A program made the translations under genes and the position numbers. A stretch of DNA of 64,000 nt from Lepidodermella squamata (Eukaryota; Animalia; Gastrotricha), in assembly GCA_047495785.1 (NCBI GenBank), contig JBLDXI010000032.1:1984001-2048000 (forward strand). Reading direction: 5' to 3'. The notes below the pieces were generated by a model, which did no database searches, had not been told where the DNA came from, and was given only the letters and a program-made list of their open reading frames with translations. Shown here piece by piece: positions 20,106 through 33,386 of the stretch (its first letter is position 1; the number at the start of each line of letters is the position of its first letter).

Positions 20106-20477
20106 CAGCATGTCCCAGAAATTGCGCAACTATTTTTTAATTTAGCAAATTTTGTAAGAATTTTAACTTATTTTTTTAATTAAACCTACTGAGAGAATTC
20201 ATCTTTTATCCGCGATTTAACCTATAAGAAATAAAAAAGTTACCGAAGAAGACCCGGAAAACCCCGATGGTAACTGGTTTGGTAATTTTCGGTATTTTAC
20301 CCGGTTGGACCAAATTCTGAGGATATTTTTAATCCCATACCTGACATACCTGATTACTAACCTCATGGTTTTTCGAATTTTTCTAACATTTTTCTGGCCA
20401 TGATCATCTCCCATTTTAGAGTTTCTGAATCCGTTCCTGTGTATTTTCTTTCCTTGCGTTACTTATGGGACACGCTG
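20106..20477. mobile_element. Tc1/mariner-type MITE family A, copy 1
   Basis: TA-CAGCATGTCCCA…TGGGACACGCTG-TA. The interior is colinear with the copy at 37661-38048. Confidence 0.88.
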
Positions 20478-20868
20478 TATATATGACCATTTTTTTAAAA
20501 TCACTCATAAGATCTGCCAACAACGGGAAATATGTTGCGAAAAATTATGGAATGTTGCTAATTTTATCATAATTTTCTGGATTTTGTCCAAAATTGAGCG
20601 AAGTAGAAGTGAAAATCTAATGGGAAATTTCTCTTTTGAAATGTTAATAGGAAGGCAATTTCCGCTTTTTTCACGTATTTTCGTCGCTCTGGAATCTTTT
20701 ACCAGCTTTCTTTTAAACTTCACCAACTTGAGATTGAACAAGAAAACAATTGGAATCAGTACTTTTTATTATTTTTTTCCACCAGCACATGAAATTCACA
20801 GGACAAAAATATATCGAGCTGCAACGTGTGTTATATTTATATCATCAAAGTAGCTAATACATATATCT

Positions 20869-23800
20869 CTACGTCTGATCGGTAGAGGCAGCAACAACCC
20901 TGGTTACAAGGTAAGAAGTAACAACTAGCTGCTCGTTATTCGCATCACCCAACAACCGATCTTCGAAATCAAACCGCCCAGCCAGCCGTTCGGCCAACTC
21001 GCGGCTCACGTGCACCCGACCAGGCTCGGCGGCCCCGGCCAGCCGACTCGCCGCATTCACCGGTTCGCCCCAAATGTCATAGTGCAATCGCTTCGCATGA
21101 CCGCCGATCACGCCTGAAATGACATCGCCGAGCGCGACGCCGATAAAAATGTCGAATTTCCGAGACGAAGCCGCCACATTGAACCCGTCAACAGTTTCGG
21201 CCAACTCGATACCGAATTCAACCAAGCGTGACAGCCGCTCATCAACATCCCCCACGCCGCTATCTAACCCGGTCGCGCATATCAAGGTGGACCCAACTGT
21301 AGTCACGCGTTCGATGCCAGGCGAAAATTTCGCCTGCTCGAGTTGCTGCTCGAAAATCGTGAAAATTTCACTCATAATTCGAAAATCGTTATCCTTCGAC
21401 GTATCGTTGAACTTCACGCTAGCGAACAGCACCCCGGTATCGACGTGCCGCGTCGCCAGGTGATCGATAGGTGACGTTAAATCGCGGTAATCGAACAATT
21501 TTAGCAAACGACGCGGCACGACTAGGCTCATCAAGCTATCGGTATCAATTTTTGCGGCGTTCAACAATTTTTCAGCCTCCTCCTCGCGACTTTGCGCGTA
21601 CCAAACCAGCCGGGCGATAAGTTCATACTCCCAGGCTAACAACCAAACAAGGGCTGATATTGACAGCAGGGCAACAACAGCTTCGAAAAACAGCAAATTC
21701 GCCGATGAATATAGCGGAATGTTAGGCGAAGATAGCCACAAAAACCCGGGCGTATCGGCGATGATTGAAAACGCCGTGTTGGGGTAATACTTTTCTAAAA
21801 TCGACGGCGGCAACGTACGGCTATCTGGGCCGAGTTTCATTGTTGTAGTCACCTTAGCCATTTTCGCCAGCTGGTCCTCCGCGCCGCCGATTAACGTGTC
21901 AATAATACGGCCTTCACTGTTAAATTCACACCGATTAGCGGCTAGAATTGTGATAGTTATCAGCGGTAGGGCTGTTGCGAATGATGCGCGTATGAAATAC
22001 GGCACATTGGAGTAGAAAACCAAGTGTAGGATGCACAGAATTTCAACAATGAGGTAGATAGTTGCACTATCGCGGGTGCTAACCATTTTGCAGCAGTAAT
22101 TAACGAGAATTGTTATGCCGCATAGCGTTGAAAGGAGGACGCTAGTTGCGAACAGCAGGCTCGGCGTTTTTTCAGCCGCGCTGCCTCGATAACACCCTCG
22201 CATAGGTAGGATTAACAGGAAAAAGGTTGGCAGAAATACGATGCTTACAGCGATGACGGAGAAGGTGAGCGAGACTTTTGATATTGTTCCGTGGATTATA
22301 GCGCAAACTGTTGTGACAACGGCGCATAGGAAGACGGAAATTGCCCATGTTGCGACGTATTGGTAACTGCCACGGCTTTTGAAGAACTGTTCAAGTCCAG
22401 TTACGAGAAGTAAATGACTCCGATAACCAGCCTCCAATTCGTTATCGATGAATTGTAAATTCGCCAGTTTGACAGGAGGTCTAAAAAATAAAATAATCGG
22501 AAAACCAATCGATAAAAATAGATAGAGAAATATATATATAAATTTTTCAAGAAATTTAAATAATTATTTCAAGAAATTTGAAATTTAAAATATCCGCATT
22601 TTTACCGACATTTGCGCATATGTCAACTGCGCAACATTTTTTCTCAAATTGAAAACAATTGGTATATTTTGTAAATTTATTTGGTAATTATTTCGTGATC
22701 CAACGCAGTTCGCGCAAATGTCGTTTGCGCAGTTGTCGTTTTTTCAAATATGACGCGAAATTCTGAAAAAAATTTGAAAATTCGAAACTTGGGCTAGTTT
22801 GATAGAGGACAACCTTGCGAATTCAGATGAATTTATTCCTGATTTTACTTATACCAATATAATTGCTTGAAGAAATCCGCCTCAAAATTTGCCCAGAAGC
22901 AAGATTTCTTCAAAAAGTGCTTTTTTCACAATATTATATGTAGAAAATCAACCGAGCATCGGTCTGGGATAAAATTTAGAGCCACTGATAGCTGATAGCC
23001 CGTCTCCATGCCCTCGCATTCTTCCCCATGGATCTCGTTCCCGCGGCGTTTGACGTCATCCGCGAAGCCAACGCGCCCTTCCTTGTGCCTCTCTACGATT
23101 ATTTCGAACTGAATTACGTCGGCGTTCGAAACGTCCACGGTGTCCGTCAAGCTCCTCGATTTTCAATCCGGCTCTGGAATGTGTTAGGCCGCGTTCGCCA
23201 ACACTTGCCTCGAACAGACAACTCCGTCGAAGGCTGGCATAACGCGCGTTTCAAACGACTTTGGATCACGTGCATCCAACTGTGGCTGCTTTGGTCGAGG
23301 CGTTTCTCTCCGAACAGAATGCTCATATGTCCTAGCACGCTTTGTTTGAAAATCTGCTAAGTCCGCGATGCATGAACTGCTGCCAGCCGCCTTAACCTTT
23401 AACTGCGAGCTTAGTTGATTACATGCAAGTTGCTTCATGTTAACGACGGCACATAACTGTTGGCCGACCTCGGTAATGTTCGCCGAAAAATTCGCCGCAT
23501 GAATTCAGATGATATTAGATGATCCGGAGGCTGCAAAAATTGTTGCGAAGCTACCGCTTATGCCTCCCCTTGACAACGACACGGTAAGCGCTCTCAACCA
23601 GCTAAAATAGTAATTGAGGCGCAGCAGCCATGCAACAGCATCAAGACCAAGCGCCACAGGGCGAACAGCCGCAGGGCGAACTGCCGCTACGACAAGTGAA
23701 TGAAGACCAAGTGCAAAAAGGTCTCGAGGCCGATGCTCGAGACTGAGCCATAAATCATCCTGCTGGTGGCCATTTTGTGCATTTTTCTTTCTTCTTTTTT

Positions 23801-26800
23801 CTTTTCGCCCTTTCTTTTAGCCTTATTCTCTCACTACCTTTACTCAATTCAATCAATCAAATTCAATCATTGGGCAGAGAAAAGCCCTAAAGTGATAAAA
23901 GTGAATAAAGTGAATAAAGTGATTTGGAATACGAAGACTTGTTTCACACCGTAAGCCCGTAATATTTTGGTGGTCACTGTGGCTGGTCGCTTCTCCGATC
24001 ATCAATGGCTCCGAAGAAACCGCCGCCGCCTCCGACCGAGGCCATCGATCCGAGGGTCCTCGCGTCAATGGCACCCCAAGACGCGGATACCTCTTTCAAA
24101 CATTATATAAAATATGCTGAACGATGGGGGAAACTAACCAACAACATTGATAATCTGCCTCGCCTGATTCCCCTCAAGCTTAACAAAGATTCACTTATCA
24201 CGTTAGACAAAATATCATTCCCGAAATCGAAGCCATGGCCCGAATTAAAAGCAGAGCTACTCAAGTAATTCGGTGTCGACATGAAGATGCGGTTGGAATT
24301 GAACCGCCTGGCCCAGTCTACGGATGAGTCTATTGCTGCATTTTCAGCCAGGGTTCGAAAAGCCGTGAATCGAACTTATGTTGAGTCGACGCATAAATTT
24401 AAGCTGCGAGAAGCAGGGTTCTACTTTGCGAATTTTCTTGATCAAGTTGTGAAGGTCGAGCTGAACGCTATGCTTCTACGTAGCGACGAAACAGACATTG
24501 AGGATTTAGAAGAAGAAGCAATGGTGATGCTAACATCTCGTAACCCGACGGGATCGTCTACCTCTAAGATCATGGCAATGGACGATCGGCTGCCAACCGG
24601 TCCTTAAAGGTCCTTAAAAACGTAATCAACTTACGCTTCATATTGATCGTCTGCTCAATGAGAAGTGTCAATCTTGTGTTCCGTTACTCGAAGGTACATT
24701 GTGAAACATTACTTAGCTATAACATTAACGTTCGTTGTTCTCAGGCCATTATTCTGATACCAATAAAGTGATTTGGAATACGAAGACTTGTTTCACACCG
24801 TAAGCCCGTAATAGTATAAGGATGCTGTTTTTGTGCCAGAATATTTTTGATATTTTTACCGGTGATAACGAGTGAAAAATTCAGTTTTCGCTTACAGGGT
24901 GGCCAAAAAATTCCGCAGGGCGGGAATTCGCTGCGCATCATTTTAATGAGGAGTTTTAAGAAGTTGAAGAATTTCAAGCATTCTTTTGCCAATGGAACTC
25001 CTCAATTTCTTGAAACTTCTCATTAAAATGATGCGCAGCGAATTCCCGCCCTGCGGAATTTTTTGGCCACCCTGTAGTTTTCACCCAGTTTCCGGCCAGT
25101 TTTTTGTCCGAAAATTTGGAATTACTAGGGTCGAAATCGGCTTTTCTACAATGGAATCATCCGGAAGCCCTCATGCTAAACGAGTATCATTGCCTATGCC
25201 TAAAACCATTCAAATCTGGGATGTTTGCGTCGAAACAAATTAAACTATCATTTTTTGTGATAAAAATATGCAACTTACTTGATGAACACGTCCATCTCGT
25301 GTTTTTCGTCATGCCTGATGGCGTCGGAAAGCTGGTCGATGCTTGTGGTCGTGCAGCACGGCTTCGCATCTTCCGCATCCTCGTCGTCTGTCGTACAATC
25401 CCCCAAATGCGACCCGCCTGAAATAGTCGTCACCGTGATCGTTCGATTTCGCTTCGATTGGTTCAACAAAAAATCCGTTGTATTGTTGTAGCCTGATGGG
25501 CTGCCGTTACTGCCGAGCAACGGCAACGAAACATCCGGCTCGCATTGGCTCAAAGCCGGCATGCGGAGTGGGCTCGACACGAGGCTAATCGACTCACCGC
25601 GGCCGAAACTGGTGGCTGATTTCTGCGTTGTCATAGAAACAACGTCTTCGTCGGTTAATTTTTGGTAGCGGCATTGCTTTTTGCGTTTAATAACGAAATG
25701 AGTCGCGACGATCCCTGTTTCATTGACCACTTCGGTAAGCTCCACCCCGTCGGCCTGTGGGACACTACGTACGTCCTCAACACTGGGACCGAGTTCCGTT
25801 TCGTAATCGGCTTCTATCAGCGCATAGGTGTCGCTAGAAATGTGAATTCTACCGGGTGAACCAGAAAGCTCCTGAAAGTTAAAAATTCAAGAAAAAATTA
25901 AAATTTTCAAATTTTCTAAAAAAACACATTTTCATTTTCGAAATCCAAGATTTTCATATTTGCAGAAATTTTGTTTAATAATTTCCATCAATTTTCAAAT
26001 TTCGATAAAAAGAACTTAATTTTGAAAAAATTGAAAAGCGAATTTAATTTCTGAAATTTCTTAAATCCTAAGAATAATTTGAAATCGCTGAAAATTCATT
26101 AAAAAAATTAAAAAAAATTAAGGTGGAATTATTGAAAATATAAAATATGTTGGAAATAATTTACAATTTTTTCAGCGAGAGCAACATCGCTTGACCAAAC
26201 GTCGAATTTATGGCCTTGCGTTCCCATCATGCCGCACATGACAGAGCCCGTGTGAATGCCGATTCGCACCGAAATTTCACTCTGATTTTTCGGCAACGCT
26301 TTCATGGCCCGGCACAGCCCGAGGCCAGTCTCCACGCAGCAATGCGCATGGTCAGGGCGCGGCTCGGGACAACCAGCGACGGCGAAATAGCTATCGCCAT
26401 GTGTCGATATACGCTCCAGGCCGGTTATCGCGCAAATTTTATCGAAATTTTCAAACAAATTATCGATAGATTGCACAAAATCAGCGGCACTGATGCGTGA
26501 CGATGCGAGGCGGTTGAAGCCGCAAACATCGGCGAATAATATCGAGACGTTGTCGTAGCGTTCAAAGTACAACGGCCGGAATACCGTTGAAATTCGCTGC
26601 GCCCCAGTTCGTTGGTTGACTAGGAATCGATCGACGAATTTAGGCGGTAGCATGGAGGCGATTAGCTGTTCGTCTTGAAGCTTCTCCTCGTCGGCGGCTT
26701 TGCGTCGCGACAAAATCGACTGGCCGACGCGCCAAAACGCCTCGCGTTGTCGCGTCTGGTAAATCACGTGGTACAGGATGAGAATGGCGTGGACACCGAG

Positions 26801-29431
26801 GTAGATCAGGAACTAATTAAAAAAGATCATAAATTAGGTCATAGTAATTAAAATATTTCATTAAGCTTTTTGAATTTTTGAACTTCGAACTTTTTTTGTT
26901 TTGAAAACCCTATTTACGCCATATATTATTTTTCATCTTTTGTTTCTCAAACCGGTGACTGTTTTGCGCGGAGTCACTTTGGCGCAGAGCTGTCCCTTTG
27001 TGCGCCATATTATTCTCGATTTTTTGTTTAATTTCAATTCTCATTTCATGTTTTCTTCTTACGTTGTTGTGGTTAAGGCAACTGTTTTATGATCGACAAG
27101 GATCGGAAATCAATTGATGTGGTAGCGACTGCCTACAAAAACCTCGACGATCCGACTTTGAATCCGGCCATATTGATTTGCTGGTTCCACGTCCTTCAGG
27201 CCTTTTCATAGGTACCTTAGTTCAGAGGAATCTGGCTGTTATGATTCGTCGGATGTGTCAACCTCATCTACGAGAATATCTCATACGCCATAGATATCAG
27301 AAAACATGATGGCGTGGCCTTGGCTTCTATAGATCGTTGAACATGGCGGTGGGCATCACTACATAAACCTCGGCAGCTCGGCGGCAGCTACAGCTGCTCG
27401 AGCTGTTCAGTCCGCTGAATTGTCTAAAGTTGACGCGGAAGGCTCCAAGCCCGCTGACAAAACCACGCCCACTGGCCCTCCAGCTGCCGCTGGAAAACGT
27501 CGGGCGGCATCGCATTCTCAGCCGCAGCACACTACACCCAGGAAACACGTTCCACATAAACACAAATCTTCAACTTCAACGGGCAACGCAGCCGCATCAA
27601 CTCCGAAAGAGCCACAGGCGAAAAAAAGTCACGGGTCAGTTATGGCTAGCAATGACGATGAGAACAGTGCGTTCGATCCGAATGACGCCTCGAACCTCGC
27701 GGTGGAAGAGCAAATCACCGCCGACGGTTTAACCCGCAGTTTTTAATATTTTGCCTTCTAAATCTCTACTAATGCGCTCTTGGATCGTGAAAAAGCTGAA
27801 CAGCAAATCGCCGAACGTGATCAAACGATCGCTCAGCAGTTGGAAAAAATCGTCAAGTTACAAGCTGAAGTTAACAACCTGACTAAAGAAAACGGCATTC
27901 TTCAATCTCGTGTTGAGCAATTAAATAAAAAGTCAAGAATTTGCAAAAATGTATTCGAAATGGAAAGTTCGATGTCGCCGCGTGTAGAGGTTGCTGTTGC
28001 TGGGGGTGGCAATCAGCCTGCGAAATCTCCGCCGAAAACCTCCGAATCTTCCTCGAATAAAACCACGAGAATTCATATCAGACGCCGAATTTAATTTGAT
28101 TTACGATGAGTAAATTAAGCTTAAAGATCAGCCCCCGAAAGGTCGCCGTTTCAGCCATTTCCCTCATATATTGCATTCTCATATTCTCATGTTGCAATAT
28201 GTATCTCTCATATTACATTTACAAAGCCCTTGGGCGTATTACTTTCTCTATGCTTCTGGAGTGATTGTCTTGCCATCTGAGTCTTCTTCAGCGACTGGTT
28301 CCAGTCGAGTACTAGGGTTGCCACGTCTGTGGTGGCCTACAATTTACTGAAATAGGAATAGGCGATGAACCCGAATTTCGGCTCAAAAAGCGAATTAACT
28401 GTCGACGAGGTCGCGTGTTCGAAGGCGCTTAAATCGACACCAACTTTCGATGGCGGCGTTGCCGGCTACGCGTTAAACGAACCGGACAAAAAGACAGAAA
28501 GTGTGTCCTATCAATCATGGTGACCTATGTCCGAACGGGTCTTCAAATCAAAACTTTGCTAATTATCCGATCACTACGATAAAAGCTGATCACTAGTTTT
28601 TATACGACGTTTTTTAGTCTCAAGGCTTCAATTTTCCGAAATTTTCAAATTTCAAAAAAATCTGTGAATAGATCCTCAAATATACGTATGCAATTGTTCT
28701 ATGATTATCTCAGTCTCACTTTTCACGTGTTAACGCCGATTATCAAAATTACTTATGTTTAATAAAAATTAAAAATTAAATTAATTAATCAGAAAATTTA
28801 CCCGGCACGCAACAAAGTACAAATCGTCGAAGGCCCATCGGCTGCAAAGGGCAATTTCAACGAGGAAAGTTAGGCCAATGGAAAAAATAATGCAGGCTGC
28901 GAGGGAAATCGACAGTAAGCCATAAGCCAGTGAAGTGATGATTGTATACAGTGAGAAAATTCCTAAAATAAACACATTTTTATTATTTAAATTATTTGAT
29001 TTAAAATGTATACCTAAAGGCGTGACACTTGAGATAGCCGCGCCAACGGCTGGGTAAAGCACAATGGTGACCGAAAGAAAGACGACGAGCCAAACCGAGC
29101 AGGAGCAAATCGATTGAAAAACGGCGCGTTTATGCCGTTTTTCGAAGTAGAATTTCGCCAGCAGAAACGTGACCATAATTTCGATGATAGCTGCGACGAA
29201 TGGCATGAAGTAGAGCGTGGCAAAGGTGCGCCATGCTGGCGGGTCCTGAACCGAGCCTTTGATGACGGCGTAGATGAGCCACAGCAGGCAAATGCCGACC
29301 AGGAAGTAGATGGAGACGCTGAAGAGCCGCCGGCGGCGGGCGTAGACGGCTCGTTCGAATTCGGCCTCGAGTTGCCGCGAGTCAAAGCAGAGCTGGTACC
29401 AAGGCCGCGTGGCTGCGCGCGGAAACAGCAT
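20869..29431 (-). CDS. ADCY9: Transmembrane adenylyl cyclase, type 9-like (divergent), 5 coding exons
   Basis: Exons 29431-29014, 28962-28802, 26812-26165, 25871-25279 and 22480-20869 join in phase. AC9-like N-terminus (FPRAATRPWYQLCFDSRQLE) and KPPV…FIDNELEAGYR. C1: SILFADVCGF, STHGDSY, RIGIHTG, KFDVWS. C2: GVLFAS, YDIWGEPVNAASR. Two transmembrane clusters. Confidence 0.88.
22985..23720 (+). mobile_element. MULE transposase C-terminal remnant with probable subterminal repeats
   Basis: PLYDYFELNYVG…APRFSIRLWNV…LPRTDNSVEGWHN is the characteristic MULE C-terminal motif (PRTNNxxEGWHN). Frameshifted afterwards; short repeats (CAGGGCGAAC x2, AAGACCAAG x2) at 23640-23715. Confidence 0.8.
23720..24813 (+). 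mobile_element. Internally deleted Ty3/gypsy-like LTR element retaining only gag
   Basis: Identical 52-bp repeats at 23913-23964 and 24762-24813, each containing AATAAA. The first is followed by PBS-like TGGTGGTCACTGTGG. Gag-like ORF 24005-24607 (WPELKAELLK*FG; LAQSTDESIAAFSARVR major homology region) has one premature stop. No pol. Left boundary uncertain. Confidence 0.78.
24895..25074. mobile_element. Tc1/mariner-type MITE family B, copy 1 (180 bp)
   Basis: ~55-bp perfect TIRs starting CAGGGTGGCCAAAAAATTCCGCAGGGCGGGAATTCGC, TA flanks on both sides. Confidence 0.93.
27080..27250 (+). mobile_element. MULE transposase core fragment (D…CxxH)
   Basis: CFMIDKDRKSIDVVATAY…ILICWFHVLQAF carries the second catalytic Asp and the CxFH motif of Mutator transposases. 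Frameshift follows. Not in the ORF track. Confidence 0.75.
27330..28094 (+). pseudogene. Coding-like fragments (Ser/Lys/Ala-rich plus coiled coil) of unknown origin inside a cyclase intron
   Basis: ORFs 27420-27746 and 27780-28094 with heptad pattern (EQQIAERDQTIAQQLEKIVKLQAEVNNL). No clear start or complete gene model. Confidence 0.35.
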
Positions 29432-31234
29432 CGCTCATCAACTCGCAATCAACTCTTTAATGTCTAGAAAAATGTATTAACTCAATAATTATTTTGTTAT
29501 CGCAGTAATAAAAGACCAATTAGGGTTCTTCTATAAAATCATTAAAATCGCCCCTCGTGGTCTACAGAAATCAATAAAAAAATCAAGATTTCTCATTGAA
29601 GCTGAGTTATGAAAAAATAATTTAGAGTAATTGCCAAGATTTTTTATGATTGATTATAATTTTTTTAGCGTCGAAATTAAGGTCGCTGCCAGTATATTTT
29701 GCGTATAAGCAAATCATATTTCTTAACTTTTCTTTATAAATGAAAATGAAGTAGATATTAATTAAGCAGTTGTTCAAATAAATAAATATACGGCTGGGTC
29801 ACTTAATACCCTAGACACATCAAGCAATGTACATCACGTGTCGCAAATTGACAGAAATGGAAAGGAGGTGTCTCGCGTCCCAACTCTAAGTTTAATCCGA
29901 CTCGATCCCAAGTCGCCAAAATGATTTATGAAAAATCGATGAACTGAAGCTGTGATTATAACAAACCTCATTTGATTAATAGCTAAAGGTATCAATGATT
30001 AAAAATTTCCCAATAACTAGGCCAGTACACGTGATCCTATTCATGATGAAGTATTGTATTATTATCATCTCCACCCATGCCGGTTATTAAAGCAGATTTT
30101 TTCTACCAAATATACGAAGTGTTTTTTTTATACAAAACTATTCAGTATAATGCTATATAGGTAATAAAGGTAAAAGTACGTACGCCTCATTTATACTGTA
30201 AAAGTACTTGTGCCTCGAAAATACCTGCCCCTCATGCGATAGTGATAATTTATCTCTGCCTCTGCGTGCTAATACACCAAAGCAATATGTTTGTACGACA
30301 AAGAATAAAAAATGGGTGTTTTTTACGATAAAAAATAATTGCCGGGGTTTACATGTGGAATAAAATCACGAGATAAAGGCATCAGGCCAGGGGAAGCATC
30401 CTCGCCTGATATTTACCAGACGATCAGCCGGCAAAAAAAGAAATATAAACAATGAGAAAAAACAACATGAAAAAAATCAAAATACACGCTAATTACTTGT
30501 AGGAAATAATTTTATATCTCCGAGTAATTTTGAACCGATGTGCGTGACTTTTTTTTACCTCATTTCATGTGCACTGGAATTGGATCGTTAAGACGTCTTC
30601 GCAAAAATTCTTACCCAAAAGCGATTTATGACACACTGAATTTGAGGCCGTGCCGGTGCGATTTTTATTACGGGAAAAGCCTGATGCGTTGACCTAATAG
30701 ACAAAAGAATGCCTGATTACAGGCTGCTAACCCAGACTGGGTAGTAGCCCGCATGTTGATCAATTTATTATATCAGTCACGTGTTATACTTTTGCACTTA
30801 TGGAAAAAAGCCCTTAATTGGCTCATATGGCATCGATTTTTTATTCTTCGTAATTGAATTGATAAAAAGGTTACGAACGAGTATAATGAATGAAAACTAC
30901 TACTAACAAAAATGCTGTAAAAAAATAGAAAAAATGAAAATCTTTCGGAAAGCAAGAAGAAGGGTGTGATCGAAAAAATAAAATGTTGAACGGAACATTG
31001 CTTGCCATATTTATTGGTGAGCCATTTCGAAAAGAAGGGTAAATAGCGTTGGAAAAAGGGGGGTGTCAAATCACACATCTCACGTCGAGCAAGAGTTAGT
31101 GGGTCATACGATTTTTTATGGAAGAGCGTAAGCGTGCGATTAAATAAATCGAGAAAACACTCATTTGGCAAGAAAACATGCAATAAAATAAGTTGTTTTA
31201 GCTGATCAGGTCAATCTCACCAACGTGCAAAACA

Positions 31235-33386
31235 ATGCCTAATAAATCCGACACGAAATCGAATGTGCAAACGTATTCCATCGCTACTTCAACTATGCCT
31301 CGCCGCAAGAGTAAGTGCCTGATTAAACACCGACACCAATTATTCATCAGATTTACGCACCCAAGGTGAAGACAATTACTTTTCCTATGACATTTGCGTC
31401 ATAGTAACACTGCTCATGTTGGTCGTGGCTGGGATGCTGTTCGTTAAAATATCGTCATTACATCGAACGTCAGAAATCGCCTACACAACGTCATCTGATT
31501 CCTGCGCAAATTACTGTACATCATCCGAGCTGTGCCTTCAGCGAATGGCATTTCTCGTCGAATGGATGAACAAATCGGCTGATCCGTGCCAGAATTTTTA
31601 CGAATACGCCTGCGGCAACTTTCAACCGCAGAAGCTGTCGTTAATTGGACAGCCGAGTAACCTGCTCGAAGTTGCAAGTCATTGGGCTCAAAGCCGGATC
31701 CTTTTCAAACTGATTGGTAGGCAATTTTTGGGTCAAACAATTATTTTCACTACTATGGAATTTGCGGTTCCATTTTTACGTTTTGAAACCAAATTTTTCC
31801 CGATTTTGTGCAATTTTCCATATTTTATGTTATTTAGCTACCTGGTATCATCAACTTGGACGGATAAATTTCCAATGTTGGTTATCCGAAATATTTTTTT
31901 TAAATTGATAGATTATAGGGGAAACGTGAAACATGGAAACCCATAAGTATATTGGAAAAATCTAGTACTGGAACCTAAAATTTATTGCTTGAACCTTGAA
32001 ATTGGGGGCCGACATGGCACCCCTTGATTTTTATAAAATAAGTTAATCATTTTTATTATTTTTTTATTTTTTTTTCCCGCAGAAAATGATTGGATGTTCG
32101 ATTCACCGACTGATCGCAAAATTAAGGACTACTACGACATTTGCTTGAAGGGAAGCATTCCAGAAAAGCTCCCAGCAGATCTGGTCAAATATTTCGAAAA
32201 CGAAAAGAGCCTTCAAATCACCACAATAGCTGATCCAGCTTCACTTCAAGCCATATTTGAATCCTCCTTAAAGTACACGCTGAGCAGCTTTATCGACATT
32301 TCGCTCGAATATCCGCATGAAAATCGTATCGTTCTTCGCATACCTCGAAATATTTTGGAGTATTTCGATCTGCAATTTAATTTTTCTGGCGAGGATCGCC
32401 TGGTGATATCGAACCTGGAAGAGCTCTCGAAATTATGCCCAGTTTTCAATTGGGATTCCATCAATTTCGCTCTTAATCAAACCATTAGTATTGCTGATTT
32501 CGCTCGATTCACTTTGTACGCTGAATACGATTTCGATCGATATTTAAAGGAAATTTGCCGCAATTTCGAGGGTCTGATTCGGGAAAATTCTGGCGAAAAA
32601 TTGCGAAAATTCTTCGAAGGAAAAATAATTTCCCATTTCATGCCGCCAAAATCGCCGAGAAAGCCGATGGATTGCCTGCAGGAGGTGGCCGAATTTATGC
32701 CAAAAGCTACAGCGGCGAGGTACTGGCGAGATTTCTCGACGAAATACTCATCAAGGGGCGAAAATTACCTGCTTGAAATCGTGAGAAATTTTCTGCGAAA
32801 GATCGACAATTTCGATTCATTAACTATCGATGTATGGCCGGCTGTTGCTCCGATTCACAATCCTGATTTACTCGAGGAATCAATCCAGCCTAACAAACAA
32901 TCTTACGTTGAGACGTATTACAAAGCACGATTAGATAAGCTGCAAACTGAGTTTATCGATGCGTTGGAGGGCATAACTCGATGGCATTTCAACCCTTTCG
33001 ATGCCGGTTTTCGCCACTTTTCGACCGTTGAGCCAACTGTGTTTGTACTTCGCCCGGCCTTACTTCATCCTATTTACGACCAATCGTACCCGCCGGCTCT
33101 TAAATTCGGCTCTGTTCTGCCGAGTTTACTTCGAGAGGTCGTTAAAGTTGCAATGGCCGATGTTCGAAAAATGTCACTAACAGAAGTTGAAAGTCTCAGC
33201 ATGGCGTATTCGTACGAAATTTTTCGATCGCAAATCGAAGCCTGTGACGATCGAGTTGGACAATTCACGCAAGATCAACTGTTCTTCCTAGCCGCTGCTC
33301 AAATGCAATGCTCAACCAACAACAAGCCTGGCGAAAAACTATTTTCTGGAAATAATGAATTTTTGAATGCTTTTAAATGTGTTTGA
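31235..33386 (+). CDS. Neprilysin/ECE (peptidase M13) homolog, type II membrane, non-catalytic and shortened
   Basis: Exons ~31235-31310, 31351-31716, 32083-33386. TM anchor; MNKSADPCQNFYEYACGNF; KIKDYYDIC; CPVFNW; QFTQDQLFFLAAAQMQC; FLNAFKC. The HExxH position reads REVVK. Confidence 0.88.

Noticed and set aside
18457-29431. Pycsar-like cyclase plus TIR effector system
   Set aside because: The cyclase is a multi-pass ADCY9-type animal enzyme, the TIR lacks a cyclic-nucleotide-binding domain, and the genes are convergent and separated by another gene. Only adjacency supports the idea.
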